Assembly (NCBI GenBank): GCA_963692865.2
Contig: OY843592.1
Span: 2,400,001-2,464,000, forward strand
Reading direction: 5' to 3'
Length of the DNA stretch: 64,000 nucleotides
From: a bacterium
GTDB lineage: Bacteria; UBA8248
In this document: positions 1-9,972 of the stretch, piece after piece
Layout of the letters: each line of letters opens with the position of its first letter
How positions within the stretch are numbered: position 1 is the first letter of the stretch
Notes under the pieces: generated by a model
The model's database searches: none
Seen by the model: only the letters and a program-made list of their open reading frames with translations
What the model was told of the DNA's origin: nothing
Translations under genes and position numbers: made by a program

Positions 1-479
1 TGGAAGCCCGCATGAACACGAGGAAGGCGGACGGAACGGAACGCGTGATTCCGGCGGCGGAGTTCTGGACGGGATATTACGAGTGCGCCCTGGATGAGGA
101 TGAGTTGCTCTGCTCGATAGAGGTCGACCCGCTGCCCGACGGCTTCCGTACGGCGTGCACGCGCTTCACGACGCGCTCGAAAGAGGACAAGCCCTGCGTG
201 TCCGTCTCCACGGCGGTGCTCACCGAAGAGGACGGCAAGACGGCCAGGGAGGTGAGAATCGGCCTGGGCGGCGTGGAGGCCGTTTTCAGGCGTCTTACGG
301 CGGCGGAAGAGGGCCTTCAAGGTATGGAACTCAACCAGGAGAACATCGACGCCGTGCTCGCGGATAAGCTCGACGACCTGGAGCCGCTGACCGATATACG
401 CGCGAGCGGCGACTACAGGCGGCAGGTGACGCCCGTCCTGGTTCGGCGAACTATCCTGAAGGCGCTGGGCGCATCCTGA
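1..479 (+). CDS. Molybdenum hydroxylase (xanthine/CO dehydrogenase family) FAD-binding medium subunit, C-terminal part; 5' end outside window
   Basis: C-terminal CoxM/XdhB-type features: 'EFWTGYYECAL', 'VRIGLGGV', 'PLTDIRASGDYRRQV'. Confidence 0.85.
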   Translation, partial: EARMNTRKADGTERVIPAAEFWTGYYECALDEDELLCSIEVDPLPDGFRTACTRFTTRSKEDKPCVSVSTAVLTEEDGKTAREVRIGLGGVEAVFRRLTAAEEGLQGMELNQENIDAVLADKLDDLEPLTDIRASGDYRRQVTPVLVRRTILKALGAS

Positions 480-690
480 ATCATCCGCCGGGTTCTTTTT
501 CCTGGATCCGGGAGAGGAAAAAATTTCTGGCCCGTGTGTTGTTCTCCATGTTAGTCTTTCATCAGGAGCGGTGAAATATCCATCCTCCCGTTCCGTTCGG
601 CTTGGGAAGAGAAGACCTAACCAGAGGCGGTGGAGTGTCGCGAACGCCTCTTTTGACTTTGCCCGGAAGACTTTCACGAGGAGGTGGACG

Positions 691-1974
691 ATGAAAAGAA
701 ATCGGAAAAATCGCGTCGGCGTCGCGCTTTTGGGTTTCGTCATGGCCCTCGTCTTGTTCGCCGCGCCGGCCGCCGGGGGCGAAATCGACGAACTGAAGGC
801 GCAGATCAAGGCGCTCATGAAGCGGCTCGAAGCCCTGGAGGCCCGCGAGAAGAAGATGGAGGCCGAGGTGAAGGCCGTCCAGAAAAAAGCCGTGTCGACC
901 GGCGACTTTCCAGGTTCATGGAAGGTCCCGGGGAGCAACACGTCGGTTTCGTTCAGCGGCTTCGTGAAGCTGGATGCGATCTACGATTTCGACAAGGATT
1001 TCGGGGATTCCTTTTACGTTTACGCTAACCCAAGCGCCATTCCTCTTGATGGTGAAAAAAGCCAGCCCAACCTCTCCTTGCACGCAAAGCAGACGCGCTT
1101 GCGTTTCGACAGTCTGACGTCGACAAGCGCAGGCCAGCTCAAAACCCGGATTGAAACCGATTTCTACGGCGACGGTAATACTCTTCGGTTGCGCCACGCC
1201 TACGCCTCGCTGGGTCCGGTGCTTGCCGGCCAGACCTGGACGACGTTGATGGATGAAAACACCTACGCCGATACGGTGGACTTCGACGGACCGGTGGGCG
1301 TTGTTACGGGTCGCATGCCACAGGTGCGCTACTCTCATGCCATGGGCAAGAACCTCACCGCCCAGGTCGCGCTCGAGGACCCTGGTAGCCCAGCAATTCT
1401 GGGAACTGCATCCTCCTCCCAGGATCGGCTGCCGAATCTTCTGGCGGCTCTGCGCCTGAAAACGAGTTGGGGCGCCGTCAACGTGTCGGGTTTGATGGGG
1501 CAGGTTCTTTATGAAGAGGGCGCGGTGGAAGAAAGCCTCACGATCTCCGCCCTCCATTTGGGCGCGAACATCGGTTTAGGCAAGGACACCCGCCTGTGGG
1601 GGACTTTTAACGCAGGTCAGGGCGGCTTGGCGAACTTCATGGTCGGAGCGCCCGCCGCCGCCATCCTGGGCGCGAATGGCGAACTGGAGGCGATCGATTC
1701 CATGGGCGGTTTCGTCGGTCTCACCCACAATTGGAGCAGCGCCGTGAGTTCAGGCTTCTATTACGGCTGGGTGAAGAATGACTTCGAGGATGCCGCCAAG
1801 GCGACGTACCCGGATCTCAGCGAGTCGCTCCAGTCGATCCACGCCAACGTCTGGTGGTCTCCTGCGCCCAAGGTGAGGGTAGGCGCCGAGATCATGAAAG
1901 GCTGGCGTGAGACCAACGGTGGCGGTGAGGGCGATGCTACGCGCTTCCAGTTGGGGCTTGTGTATAGTTTCTAG
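691..1974 (+). CDS. DcaP-family outer-membrane porin
   Basis: ATG at 691 after GAGGAGG; signal peptide, coiled coil, 'SGFVKLDAIYD', 'LRLRHAY', 'LAGQTW', C-terminal 'LVYSF' beta-barrel signature. Confidence 0.85.
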   Translation: MKRNRKNRVGVALLGFVMALVLFAAPAAGGEIDELKAQIKALMKRLEALEAREKKMEAEVKAVQKKAVSTGDFPGSWKVPGSNTSVSFSGFVKLDAIYDFDKDFGDSFYVYANPSAIPLDGEKSQPNLSLHAKQTRLRFDSLTSTSAGQLKTRIETDFYGDGNTLRLRHAYASLGPVLAGQTWTTLMDENTYADTVDFDGPVGVVTGRMPQVRYSHAMGKNLTAQVALEDPGSPAILGTASSSQDRLPNLLAALRLKTSWGAVNVSGLMGQVLYEEGAVEESLTISALHLGANIGLGKDTRLWGTFNAGQGGLANFMVGAPAAAILGANGELEAIDSMGGFVGLTHNWSSAVSSGFYYGWVKNDFEDAAKATYPDLSESLQSIHANVWWSPAPKVRVGAEIMKGWRETNGGGEGDATRFQLGLVYSF

Positions 1975-2066
1975 GTCATTCGTTCAGGGCTTGCGGTTCT
2001 CTGCTTGAATTGTGAGGCGTTTGGGGCGAGAGGGTTTCGTAATCCTTGATAACCTTCACAAATGAT

Positions 2067-2103
2067 GCCCCGTCACCCGGTGTGGGTGGCGGGGCTTTCC
2101 TCT
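2067..2103 (+). terminator. Intrinsic terminator-like hairpin after porin
   Basis: GCCCCGTCACCC-ggtgt-GGGTGGCGGGGC followed by TTTCCTCT, between convergent genes. Confidence 0.65.
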
Positions 2104-2169
2104 GGCGGCGCTCGGCTTAATGCGCCCGTTCAGCGGAATGACGACGAAATGCTCCCCAGGCGCCATACT

Positions 2170-2844
2170 TCAATTCCCCGTTTCTTGTTTTCTCTTCCTG
2201 GCGGAAAGAAACTCCGTCTCTAGTTTCAATATTCCATCGGCGATGTTTTGAGCGAATTCCCGCCGGTATGCCCGGCCGTTTCTCTCTTGCGCCGGCGGGA
2301 TGAGTTCTCCCACGCGAATGACGAGCCAGGGGTCCAGGATTCCCCGCGGGCTGATGAGCGAATTCGACCCTGCGATATAGACCGGGAGAACGGGCGCGCG
2401 GCTGATAGTGGCGAGGGTGGCGACGCCTTCCTTCACTTCCACTTCGGCCGTCGAATCCACGATGCCGCCCTCGGGAAAAATCACCACCACGCCGCCCAGG
2501 CCCAGGAGTGTACGCGCCATCCTGAAGGTGCTGGCGCGCGCTGTCCCCTCCCTGTCCACCGGGAAGGCGCCGAAGCAGGTGATGAGCCTGGCGAACAGGG
2601 GGTTGCGGAACAACTCGCGCTTCGCCATGTGGTACACCCGCCTCGGCAGGAAGGAGGCGAGGATCATGGGGTCGAGATAGCTTCTGTGGTTCGAGGCCAC
2701 GATCAGCGGGCCGTCGGGCGGCACGTTGCGCATGCCCTGGACGTCGACTCCGCCGAAGGCGAGCCGGAGACCCGCCTGGAAAACCTTTTTAAGCCAGGTC
2801 GGCTGGCCGTTCGAGGGCAGGGTGGTTGGTTGTTGCGCGCTCAT
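2170..2844 (-). CDS. plsC: 1-acyl-sn-glycerol-3-phosphate acyltransferase (PlsC family)
   Basis: 'ASNHRSYLD' (HX4D) and 'VIFPEGG' motifs; start codon uncertain. Confidence 0.85.
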   Translation of the reverse strand: MSAQQPTTLPSNGQPTWLKKVFQAGLRLAFGGVDVQGMRNVPPDGPLIVASNHRSYLDPMILASFLPRRVYHMAKRELFRNPLFARLITCFGAFPVDREGTARASTFRMARTLLGLGGVVVIFPEGGIVDSTAEVEVKEGVATLATISRAPVLPVYIAGSNSLISPRGILDPWLVIRVGELIPPAQERNGRAYRREFAQNIADGILKLETEFLSARKRKQETGN

Positions 2845-2982
2845 GTTCGTGGTTTCAGCATTCCGCTGCCGGGTTCCCCCTTGTCCGAAATGCGGTCCTC
2901 CCAAACGTGAAACTCGGAATTCATCTTCGGTTCATCATATTAGAATCTCTCCATTCGCCGCAAAGCGTTCGGGAAACGGCGT

Positions 2983-4746
2983 TCAGTCGAAGTCGTGCTG
3001 GTGGTGCTGCTGGTCGTGCCACACCTTGCCGAAGGCGCGGATGACGTCCTCGGCGGTGATGATTCCCAGAAGTTCGGTCGGGTCCTCGCGGCTCACCACG
3101 GGCAGGCGCGAGATGCGCCTGTCGCCGAGTTTGGCCATCACCGAGTCGAGCGATTGGTCCGGATGCGCGTGCATGATGTATTTCTTCTTCGCTATCTCGC
3201 CCAGGGGCTTTTGCAGGATGCCGGCGGCCTGCGCCTGGCTGAAGTCATAGTTGCTCGCCATGCCGGAGAGTTTCCCGTCCGTGTTCAGGACGGGATATCC
3301 GGTGATGGCGCTTCCCCTCGTTCTCTCGATCGCCTCTTGGATCGTGATGTCCTCGGGCAGGGTGACGACGTCGCCGATCATGGCGTCGGACACGTGAATC
3401 TCGTGCAGGAGGTGTTCGGTCTCATGGTCGGGCAGCGCGACGCCGTCCTGTGCGGAGAGCGCGCTGTATATCGGCTCGGGGTGCCAGAATCGCGCGAGTG
3501 CGAGGGATATGGCGTTGGCCACCATGAGCGCGAGAATGATGTGGTAGTCCTGCGTGAGCTCGAAGATGATGAGAACCGACGTCATGGGCGCGCGAATGAC
3601 GGCCGCGAATGCCGCGCCCATGCCCACGAGCGCGTATCCGCCCTGATGGGCCACGAAGCCGGGGAAGGCGAACTCGGCGAGAGACGCCACGGCCCCGCCC
3701 GCCATCGCGCCCATGAACAGCGTCGGCGCGAAGATGCCGCCCAGGGAGCCGGTTCCGTAGGAAACCGCGGTGGCGATGAGCTTCAGGACGAGCAGGCACA
3801 GGAGGAAGGGCAGCGTGTAGCCGTGCGTGAGCGCCTTGCTCACGGCGGGATAGCCCACGGCGAAGACCTCGGGGAACCAGATGCCGATCACGCCCACGAA
3901 CAGGCCGCCGAGACCCGTGGCGACGACCCCCCGGAATCCCCAAAGGCGCTTCCAGCCCGAGCGCACGAACAGCAAACCCTTGATGAACGCGACGCCCACG
4001 AACGCGCAGACGACGCCTACGAAGGCGTAGAGGAGGAGTTCCAGCGGACTGTCCAGAGAGTAGGGCGGCACGGAGAACACGGGTTCGTTGCCCAGCATGG
4101 CGCGCGAGACGACCGATGCGGCGACCGCCGCGAACACGATGGAGCCGAGCACGCGCGCGTTCAGGTCGCCCACCAGCTCTTCGAGCGTGAATGTGACGGC
4201 GGCGATGGGCGTGTTGAACGCGGCGGCCAGGGCGGCGGCGCAGCCCACCGGGACGAGCGCCTGCACGCGGCGTCTTTTGAGAGAAAAAGTCTCGCCGATC
4301 CAGCTCGCCAGACCTGAGCAAATCTGGACGGTGGGGCCTTCGCGGCCCAGGCTGGAGCCCGAGCCGATGTTGAGCACCCCGATGAGGAACTTGCCTATCC
4401 ATACGCGCTTGTCGATGTGGCCGTTGTGGGCGACGTAGGCGATTTTCGTCTGGGGGATGCCGCTGCCCCGGGCCTCGGGCGCGAAATACTGGAGAAAGAG
4501 CGCGGATAGAAAAGCGCCCCCCGCAGGGATGAGCGCCACCCAGTACCAGGCGCGTTCGATGAGGGAAAGATCGTGGGAGCCGAAGAGAACGTGATGCGCC
4601 CAGCCAAGCGCGACGTGGAAGCACACGGCGACGAAGCCGGCCAACGCTCCCACGATGATGGTCGTAAGGTAGAAAATGCCGTCGTCGGAGAACTCGAAGT
4701 GGAGCAGCCAGCCGAGAAGCCGTATTCGAAAGTTTTTCCAGCTCAC
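2983..4746 (-). CDS. ClC-family H+/Cl- antiporter with C-terminal CBS pair
   Basis: GSGIP, GREGP (gating Glu), 'TLEEL' (proton Glu), GIFAP, 'PIYS' Tyr; two CBS domains at the C-terminus. Confidence 0.93.
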   Translation of the reverse strand: MSWKNFRIRLLGWLLHFEFSDDGIFYLTTIIVGALAGFVAVCFHVALGWAHHVLFGSHDLSLIERAWYWVALIPAGGAFLSALFLQYFAPEARGSGIPQTKIAYVAHNGHIDKRVWIGKFLIGVLNIGSGSSLGREGPTVQICSGLASWIGETFSLKRRRVQALVPVGCAAALAAAFNTPIAAVTFTLEELVGDLNARVLGSIVFAAVAASVVSRAMLGNEPVFSVPPYSLDSPLELLLYAFVGVVCAFVGVAFIKGLLFVRSGWKRLWGFRGVVATGLGGLFVGVIGIWFPEVFAVGYPAVSKALTHGYTLPFLLCLLVLKLIATAVSYGTGSLGGIFAPTLFMGAMAGGAVASLAEFAFPGFVAHQGGYALVGMGAAFAAVIRAPMTSVLIIFELTQDYHIILALMVANAISLALARFWHPEPIYSALSAQDGVALPDHETEHLLHEIHVSDAMIGDVVTLPEDITIQEAIERTRGSAITGYPVLNTDGKLSGMASNYDFSQAQAAGILQKPLGEIAKKKYIMHAHPDQSLDSVMAKLGDRRISRLPVVSREDPTELLGIITAEDVIRAFGKVWHDQQHHQHDFD

Positions 4747-4783
4747 AACCTTTACCTATCGAAAAGGTCTTTCGTGCGGCGGT

Positions 4784-5386
4784 TCAGCGCGTGATGGCCC
4801 CTGTCGGATGCGGGCCGACGGGCGGGTGCGGTGCGGGGTCGATTCCATCCCGGCGGAGCCTGTCCTCATACCATTTCTTCTCGATGCCGTTCGCCTCGTC
4901 CATCGGGGCCAGGTCGCAGAAGATTTCGATGCGGTGGCCGTCCGGATCGCAGAAATACATGGCCCTGTTCTCGCCCCACGAGCCGTCGCCCTCGGGATGG
5001 GTGGGGCTGTGCACCAGGGGTCCGCGCACGATTTCGACCCCGCATTCCTCGAGCCAGTCCCCCCAGGCGAAGAACTCCGAGCGGTCTTTTACCCGAAATG
5101 CGAAATGATGCAACCCCAGATCCTTTACGGGGCCTTGGTCGCCGGTTCTCATTTCCTTGAGATCGGGTTGCTCGCCGGTGTGGTATACTAGGTTCAAATC
5201 GTGATGCAACGCGCTGCAGCGAAGGAAGCAAAGGCCCACGCCCAAGCCCGGAAGTTCACCGGGGTCGTGGCGCTCCGAGAGGCTGAACCCGAGAATTTCG
5301 GTGTAGAATCTGAGGGATTCCTCGATGTCGGACACCTTGACGGCGACGTGCTGGAGTTCTGCCAAAGAGGTTTCGGGTCGGGGCAT
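4784..5386 (-). CDS. VOC (glyoxalase/extradiol dioxygenase) family protein
   Basis: 'LQHVAVKVSD', 'LHHFAFRV', 'MYFCDPDGHRIEIF'; ATG at 5386 with GGAGA RBS. Confidence 0.85.
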   Translation of the reverse strand: MPRPETSLAELQHVAVKVSDIEESLRFYTEILGFSLSERHDPGELPGLGVGLCFLRCSALHHDLNLVYHTGEQPDLKEMRTGDQGPVKDLGLHHFAFRVKDRSEFFAWGDWLEECGVEIVRGPLVHSPTHPEGDGSWGENRAMYFCDPDGHRIEIFCDLAPMDEANGIEKKWYEDRLRRDGIDPAPHPPVGPHPTGAITR

Positions 5387-5477
5387 CGTGCATTCTCCTT
5401 GATTTTTCTTGATCCTGGGGCGCGCTGCGCCCGCCGGGGATGAATATAGCGCAACTTTTCCGTGGGAGAAACGCGGC

Positions 5478-6236
5478 TTGGGTCGTTTGGATGGAAAGAG
5501 GGCGATCGTTACGGGCGCATCGCGCGGAATCGGCGAATGCATGGCGCATCGCTTCGCGGAAGAGGATGCGCGACTCTACCTGGCCGCGGACGGAACGCCG
5601 GAGGAACTCGAAAGCGTCGCGCGCAAATGCGAGGCGGCCGGCGGCACGGCCGTATACGGAACCTTCGATCTGGCGGAAGAGGGAGCGGCCGAGCGCATGG
5701 TGGAAGCCGCCGCCGGCGCTCTGGGCGGCGTGGATGTTCTCGTGAACAACGCAGGGATTCGCGCGAGCCGGCCGTTCGGGACTTTCTCTTATCAAGATTT
5801 TGGCCGCGTCGTCGCCGTGAACCTGCGCGCTCCTTTTTTCGCGAGCCAGGCCGCCTTGCCGCTCATGCGCGAGGCGGGCGGCGGGAGAATCATTCACGTC
5901 GCGAGCCAGTTGGGCTCGGTGGCGGCGCACGAGACCGCGCTCTACAGCGCGACCAAGGCGGCGCTGATTCAACTCACGCGCTCGATGGCGCTCGAACTCG
6001 CGGGCGAGAACATTCTGGTGAACGCCGTCAGCCCCGGCCCCACGGCGACGGAATATCTCAAGAAACACGCCTACAAGACGCCCGAGGAGCGCGCCCAGCG
6101 TCTGGCCACCGTGCCGATGGGGCGTTTCGGCGAACCGGACGAGATAGCGAGCGCCGTGTTGTTTCTCGCTTCCGGGGACGCTTCTTTCGTGCACGGGCAC
6201 AACCTCGTGGTGGACGGCGGCTATATTATTCATTGA
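5478..6236 (+). CDS. Short-chain dehydrogenase/reductase (SDR)
   Basis: 'TGASRGIG', 'LVNNAG', 'YSATK' (YxxxK), 'VVDGG'; likely TTG start after GGAGA. Confidence 0.93.
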   Translation: MGRLDGKRAIVTGASRGIGECMAHRFAEEDARLYLAADGTPEELESVARKCEAAGGTAVYGTFDLAEEGAAERMVEAAAGALGGVDVLVNNAGIRASRPFGTFSYQDFGRVVAVNLRAPFFASQAALPLMREAGGGRIIHVASQLGSVAAHETALYSATKAALIQLTRSMALELAGENILVNAVSPGPTATEYLKKHAYKTPEERAQRLATVPMGRFGEPDEIASAVLFLASGDASFVHGHNLVVDGGYIIH

Positions 6237-6298
6237 TGATGCGGGCCGGGGATTTTTTCGGGGAGGTTGTGCCCGGAAATACCCGGGACGTCATGAAT

Positions 6299-6330
6299 CA
6301 GTAGGGGCGGTTCGCGAACCGCCCCTACTG
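6299..6330. repeat. Perfect 32-bp palindrome, GTAG-type REP element
   Basis: caGTAGGGGCGGTTCG|CGAACCGCCCCTACtg; related copies near 15810 and 46580. Confidence 0.8.
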
Positions 6331-6398
6331 GTTTTTCGTATTTCAACCGGCGGGTGAGGGCTGCTCCCTTGCCGCCGCATTCAGAAGGAGCTTGAGCC

Positions 6399-7283
6399 GT
6401 GAGCATGAAAGTGGGAGTCGTGGGTTTGGGCGTCATGGGCGGCGCGTTTTCGGGCCACATGCTGGACGCCGGCATGGAAGTGGCGGGCTATGACCCGCTG
6501 GATGCGATGTACGAGAAATTCGAGGGCAAGAACCTGCGCCGCGCCTCCTCGCCCGCGGACGCCGCCGGCGGGGCCGACCTGGTGATGACCTCGCTCCCGA
6601 ACTACAGGGTCGTGGGAGAGGCGGTAACCGGCGAGGGAGGGGTTCTGGAAGGGATATCTTCCGGCGGCATCATCGCGGATATGAGCACGGTTCCGCCGAA
6701 ATTTTCAAAAGAGATGGCCGAAAAAGCGGGTGAGAAGGGCGTGAGTTGGCTCGATTGCCCTGTGAGCGGCGTGGGCAAGCAGGCGGCCGTCAAGGACCTG
6801 GTGGTGATGGCCGCAGGCCCCGGAGCCGCGTTCGATAAGGCGAAGCCCGCCTTCGACGCCATCGGCAAGAAGACGATTTTCGTGAGCGAGCAAAACGGGC
6901 TGGCCGCCCAGTTGAAACTCGTGGTGAATCTGGTGCTCTTCATCAACATGGCGGGAGCTTGCGAGGGCCTCACCCTCGGCCTCAAGGCGGGAATTCCCGC
7001 AGACGTCATGCTGGAGACGCTGTGCTCGGGCGCCGCCGGATCGAACGTGCTCGACGTGCGCGGCAAGGACATGCTGGCCGGGAATTTCCCCGAATCAGGC
7101 CCGATTTGGATAGTGCTGAAGGACCTCGAATGCGCCATCGACTCCGCCAAGGACCTCGACGTGCCCGTGCCGCTCGGCGGCCTGCTGGAGCACCTCTATA
7201 TGGCCCAGCGAAGCAAGGGCAGGCAGCATGAGGACGGGAGTTCGATCTTCCGCATCTACCAGGAACTGGCGAACATCGCTTGA
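6399..7283 (+). CDS. NAD(P)-dependent beta-hydroxyacid dehydrogenase (3-hydroxyisobutyrate/tartronate semialdehyde reductase family)
   Basis: 'GVVGLGVMG', 'LDCPVSG', 'KLVVN' catalytic Lys, 'KDL'. Confidence 0.9.
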   Translation: MSMKVGVVGLGVMGGAFSGHMLDAGMEVAGYDPLDAMYEKFEGKNLRRASSPADAAGGADLVMTSLPNYRVVGEAVTGEGGVLEGISSGGIIADMSTVPPKFSKEMAEKAGEKGVSWLDCPVSGVGKQAAVKDLVVMAAGPGAAFDKAKPAFDAIGKKTIFVSEQNGLAAQLKLVVNLVLFINMAGACEGLTLGLKAGIPADVMLETLCSGAAGSNVLDVRGKDMLAGNFPESGPIWIVLKDLECAIDSAKDLDVPVPLGGLLEHLYMAQRSKGRQHEDGSSIFRIYQELANIA

Positions 7284-7500
7284 TGGTCGAGAACAAGGCG
7301 GCGTCTTTGGGGAGTCTTCACCGCCGCGTGTCCGCTTTCCGTGGAGACCCGGCGGTTTCCTCTTCTCGGGCATGTGCGCGGGGCCAGGAAGTGGAGCGAT
7401 ATGTCGCTTTAATAATTCCTTCTAACTGTTTGAAATGAAAATTATTGGTTTAATTTGAAGACGGCGGGATCGGCATCCCTCCTTCCGTGGTCGAGGATTT

Positions 7501-7746
7501 TTAGCCGATGACGGACGAGCGGATGATCTGGCGCAACTCCTCGTCGTTCAGCGTGTCGATTTGCTCGAAGGTGATGAGGGCCGTGGTGTCCGGGTCGCCC
7601 CGCTCTCCCCACCAGAGCCGGAAGCTCTTCTCCTGGTAGCTGTAGCGGATGTCCGCGTCGACGCCTTCGATTTCTCCCGCAAGAATGCGGCTCATTCGCT
7701 CCGCCATGGTGCGGCTGTGTTTTCTTTGCGCTTCGATGTTTTCCAC
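7501..7746 (-). CDS. Hypothetical protein (81 aa)
   Basis: GTG start behind GGGGAG, coding-like codon usage; no family recognised. Confidence 0.6.
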   Translation of the reverse strand: MENIEAQRKHSRTMAERMSRILAGEIEGVDADIRYSYQEKSFRLWWGERGDPDTTALITFEQIDTLNDEELRQIIRSSVIG

Positions 7747-8065
7747 GAAAGCGTCTCCCCATTCTACTCGGTGATTATCCCCAAGGCGGGGCGGGGGATG
7801 GCGCTTTCTCATCCGCCGGGCCGCCGTTTTTCTCATCCTTCAAACGCTCTTCTGCGATCCGCAGAAGATGAGATGCCATGAATGGCTACAGAATATACGT
7901 CTTTCCCTCTTCGAGCACCTCAAATGACGTCCGGGCGCTTTGCCTCCCGGGCGACCCGCCAGATGGAATTGGATGGCCACTCCTTCTGAAGCCTCGTGAA
8001 GGTAAAATTTCCTGCGCGCCGCTCGATTATAGGCACAGCCGAATCGCCTTGGGAAGATATGCCGC

Positions 8066-8791
8066 CTAAACCGCTTCCCACCTCCCGCTTTTGGAGCGCC
8101 TGCGTTTTCCGAAATCGTCCATCTGGGCGACGGTGGAGGCGGGGAATATGGGGCCGTCCGTACAAACGCGCCAGCCCGAGCAAGTGCACTGGCCGCACAG
8201 GCCGACGGCGCACTTCATATACCTCTCGATCGCGAAATACGTCCGCTCGGCGGGCAGTTTCGGCAGGCACGCGGCCATCATCCGCTCGGGACCGCAGACG
8301 GCGTAGCTTTCCGCCTCGACGGGCAGGAGTTCGGTCACCAGGCCCTTGTGTCCCAAAGCGCCGTCTTCTGTGGCGACGTGGACGGGGCCGAGTTCCCTGA
8401 ATTCCTCATAAAAGAGAATCTCGTCCGCCGTGCGCCCGCCGAGGACGAAACAAGGCGCTTCTGAAGCGAGGGCGAGGAGCCTCAATTCCGCAATCCCCAC
8501 GCCGCCGCCGATGAGAGCGGGCCGCTTGAGCGGCGGGTAGCCCTGCCCGAGCGGGCCGCGCAGCCCGATTTCGTCTCCCGGCTTAAGGGCGGCCAGTTTT
8601 TCGGTGAACGCGCCCGCTTTTTTCACGGTAACGGCGTTGGGGTAGGAGAGCGTGAAGGGTTTTTCTCCCAGGCGCGGCAGCCAGACCATCATGAACTGCC
8701 CGGGCGTGGATTCGATTTCCCGATCGAAGAAAACCGTGTGCGTCCACTCGCTTTCCCGGCGGTTCTCCACGACCTTGAAAACGCTACGCAT
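8066..8791 (-). CDS. pyrK: Dihydroorotate dehydrogenase electron transfer subunit
   Basis: 'PGQFMMVW', 'GPLGQG', 'GGGVGIA', 'MKCAVGLCGQC...VCTDGPIF' 2Fe-2S motif; overlaps pyrD. Confidence 0.92.
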   Translation of the reverse strand: MRSVFKVVENRRESEWTHTVFFDREIESTPGQFMMVWLPRLGEKPFTLSYPNAVTVKKAGAFTEKLAALKPGDEIGLRGPLGQGYPPLKRPALIGGGVGIAELRLLALASEAPCFVLGGRTADEILFYEEFRELGPVHVATEDGALGHKGLVTELLPVEAESYAVCGPERMMAACLPKLPAERTYFAIERYMKCAVGLCGQCTCSGWRVCTDGPIFPASTVAQMDDFGKRRRSKSGRWEAV

Positions 8792-9719
8792 GGGAGCCGC
8801 CCCCATTCACCGCACGATGCGCGGCGCCGATGAGGGCGGACATCGGCTCGCCATCCAGATATTCCTGAATTCCCTCCCAGATTTCTTGGGTGAGGGCCGC
8901 GGCCTCGTGCGTGCTCTTCCGCATGAAGGCGGTGCCGATTCCCAGCACGCCGGCCCCCGCGAGGATATATTCCACCGCGTCCTCCCAGGTTTCGATTCCC
9001 CCGTATGCGACGATGGGGCAGCCGAATCGCGTATACGCCTCATACGTCATGCGCAGGTTGACGGGCTTGAGCGCGGGACCGCTGATGCCGCCCGTCACGC
9101 CCGCGAGGATCGCCGCCCGGCTCTGGATGTCCACGGCCAGCCCCGGCCCAAGTGTATTACCGCAGCCCAGGGCGTCCGCGCCCGCGCTCAGGCAGGAATC
9201 CGCCACGGCGAGGTAGTCGCTGTTGGGCGATAGCTTGGCGATGACGGGCTTGTCCGTCTCCCCGCGCACGCGCTCGATGACCTCGGCGGAGAGGACGGGG
9301 TTCTGGCCGATGCTCTCCATGATGGTCTGCTCGCCCGGCTCCTTGTTCGGGCAGCCCAGGTTCACCTCGATGGCGTCGCCGAACCTCGACATCCGGTTCG
9401 TAACCTCGGCGAACTCACGTGCGTCTCCGCCATACACCGACACAATGAGCTTCGCGTTCTTGAGCTTAATTTCCTCCAGGTCTTGTTCCCAGTCCTCCGC
9501 GCTTTGGGTCGGGAGGGCGAGGGAGTTGAGCACGGCGCCTTCGGGGGGGTATACGACCACGGGGTTGTCGTTGCCGGGCTTCTCGCGGGGGCCGACCGAT
9601 TTCGTAACGTAGCCGCCCAGGCAAGCGCCCGCGCGCTCGAAAGCGGTGAAGACTTCCGGGTAGCTCAGGATGCCGCTGGCGTTGATCAGGGGCGGGTCGA
9701 TCCTTGGGAGCGGTATCAC
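8784..9719 (-). CDS. pyrD: Dihydroorotate dehydrogenase, family 1B catalytic subunit
   Basis: 'NASG', 'VTKSV', 'EVNLGCPN', 'AKLSPN', 'GGISGPALKP'. Confidence 0.92.
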   Translation of the reverse strand: MIPLPRIDPPLINASGILSYPEVFTAFERAGACLGGYVTKSVGPREKPGNDNPVVVYPPEGAVLNSLALPTQSAEDWEQDLEEIKLKNAKLIVSVYGGDAREFAEVTNRMSRFGDAIEVNLGCPNKEPGEQTIMESIGQNPVLSAEVIERVRGETDKPVIAKLSPNSDYLAVADSCLSAGADALGCGNTLGPGLAVDIQSRAAILAGVTGGISGPALKPVNLRMTYEAYTRFGCPIVAYGGIETWEDAVEYILAGAGVLGIGTAFMRKSTHEAAALTQEIWEGIQEYLDGEPMSALIGAAHRAVNGGGSHA

Positions 9720-9972
9720 GGTCTGCTGCCTCTTCCGAGAGGAAGTGTGCGGGCGGACGGGCTCGATGGATGGAGTATAGTGGGAATGGGCGTTTCAAGC
9801 CAACTTGCAATGAGAAAAATCCGGGTGGCGGAGCTTTGTGGTCTACCGGATTATTGCAAAATGCCCGAAATGGTGGTCTAAATGGCCCTGTTCGCCCTTT
9901 TCGTTGGGCAAAGAAGGAAAGGGCCGCTCAAACACGCGCAAGCCGAGGCCTTGCGCCGAGAGGAAAAATCCC

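Noticed and set aside
7760-8065. 6S RNA or riboswitch
   Set aside because: Only short hairpins seen; no recognisable consensus without a covariance-model search.
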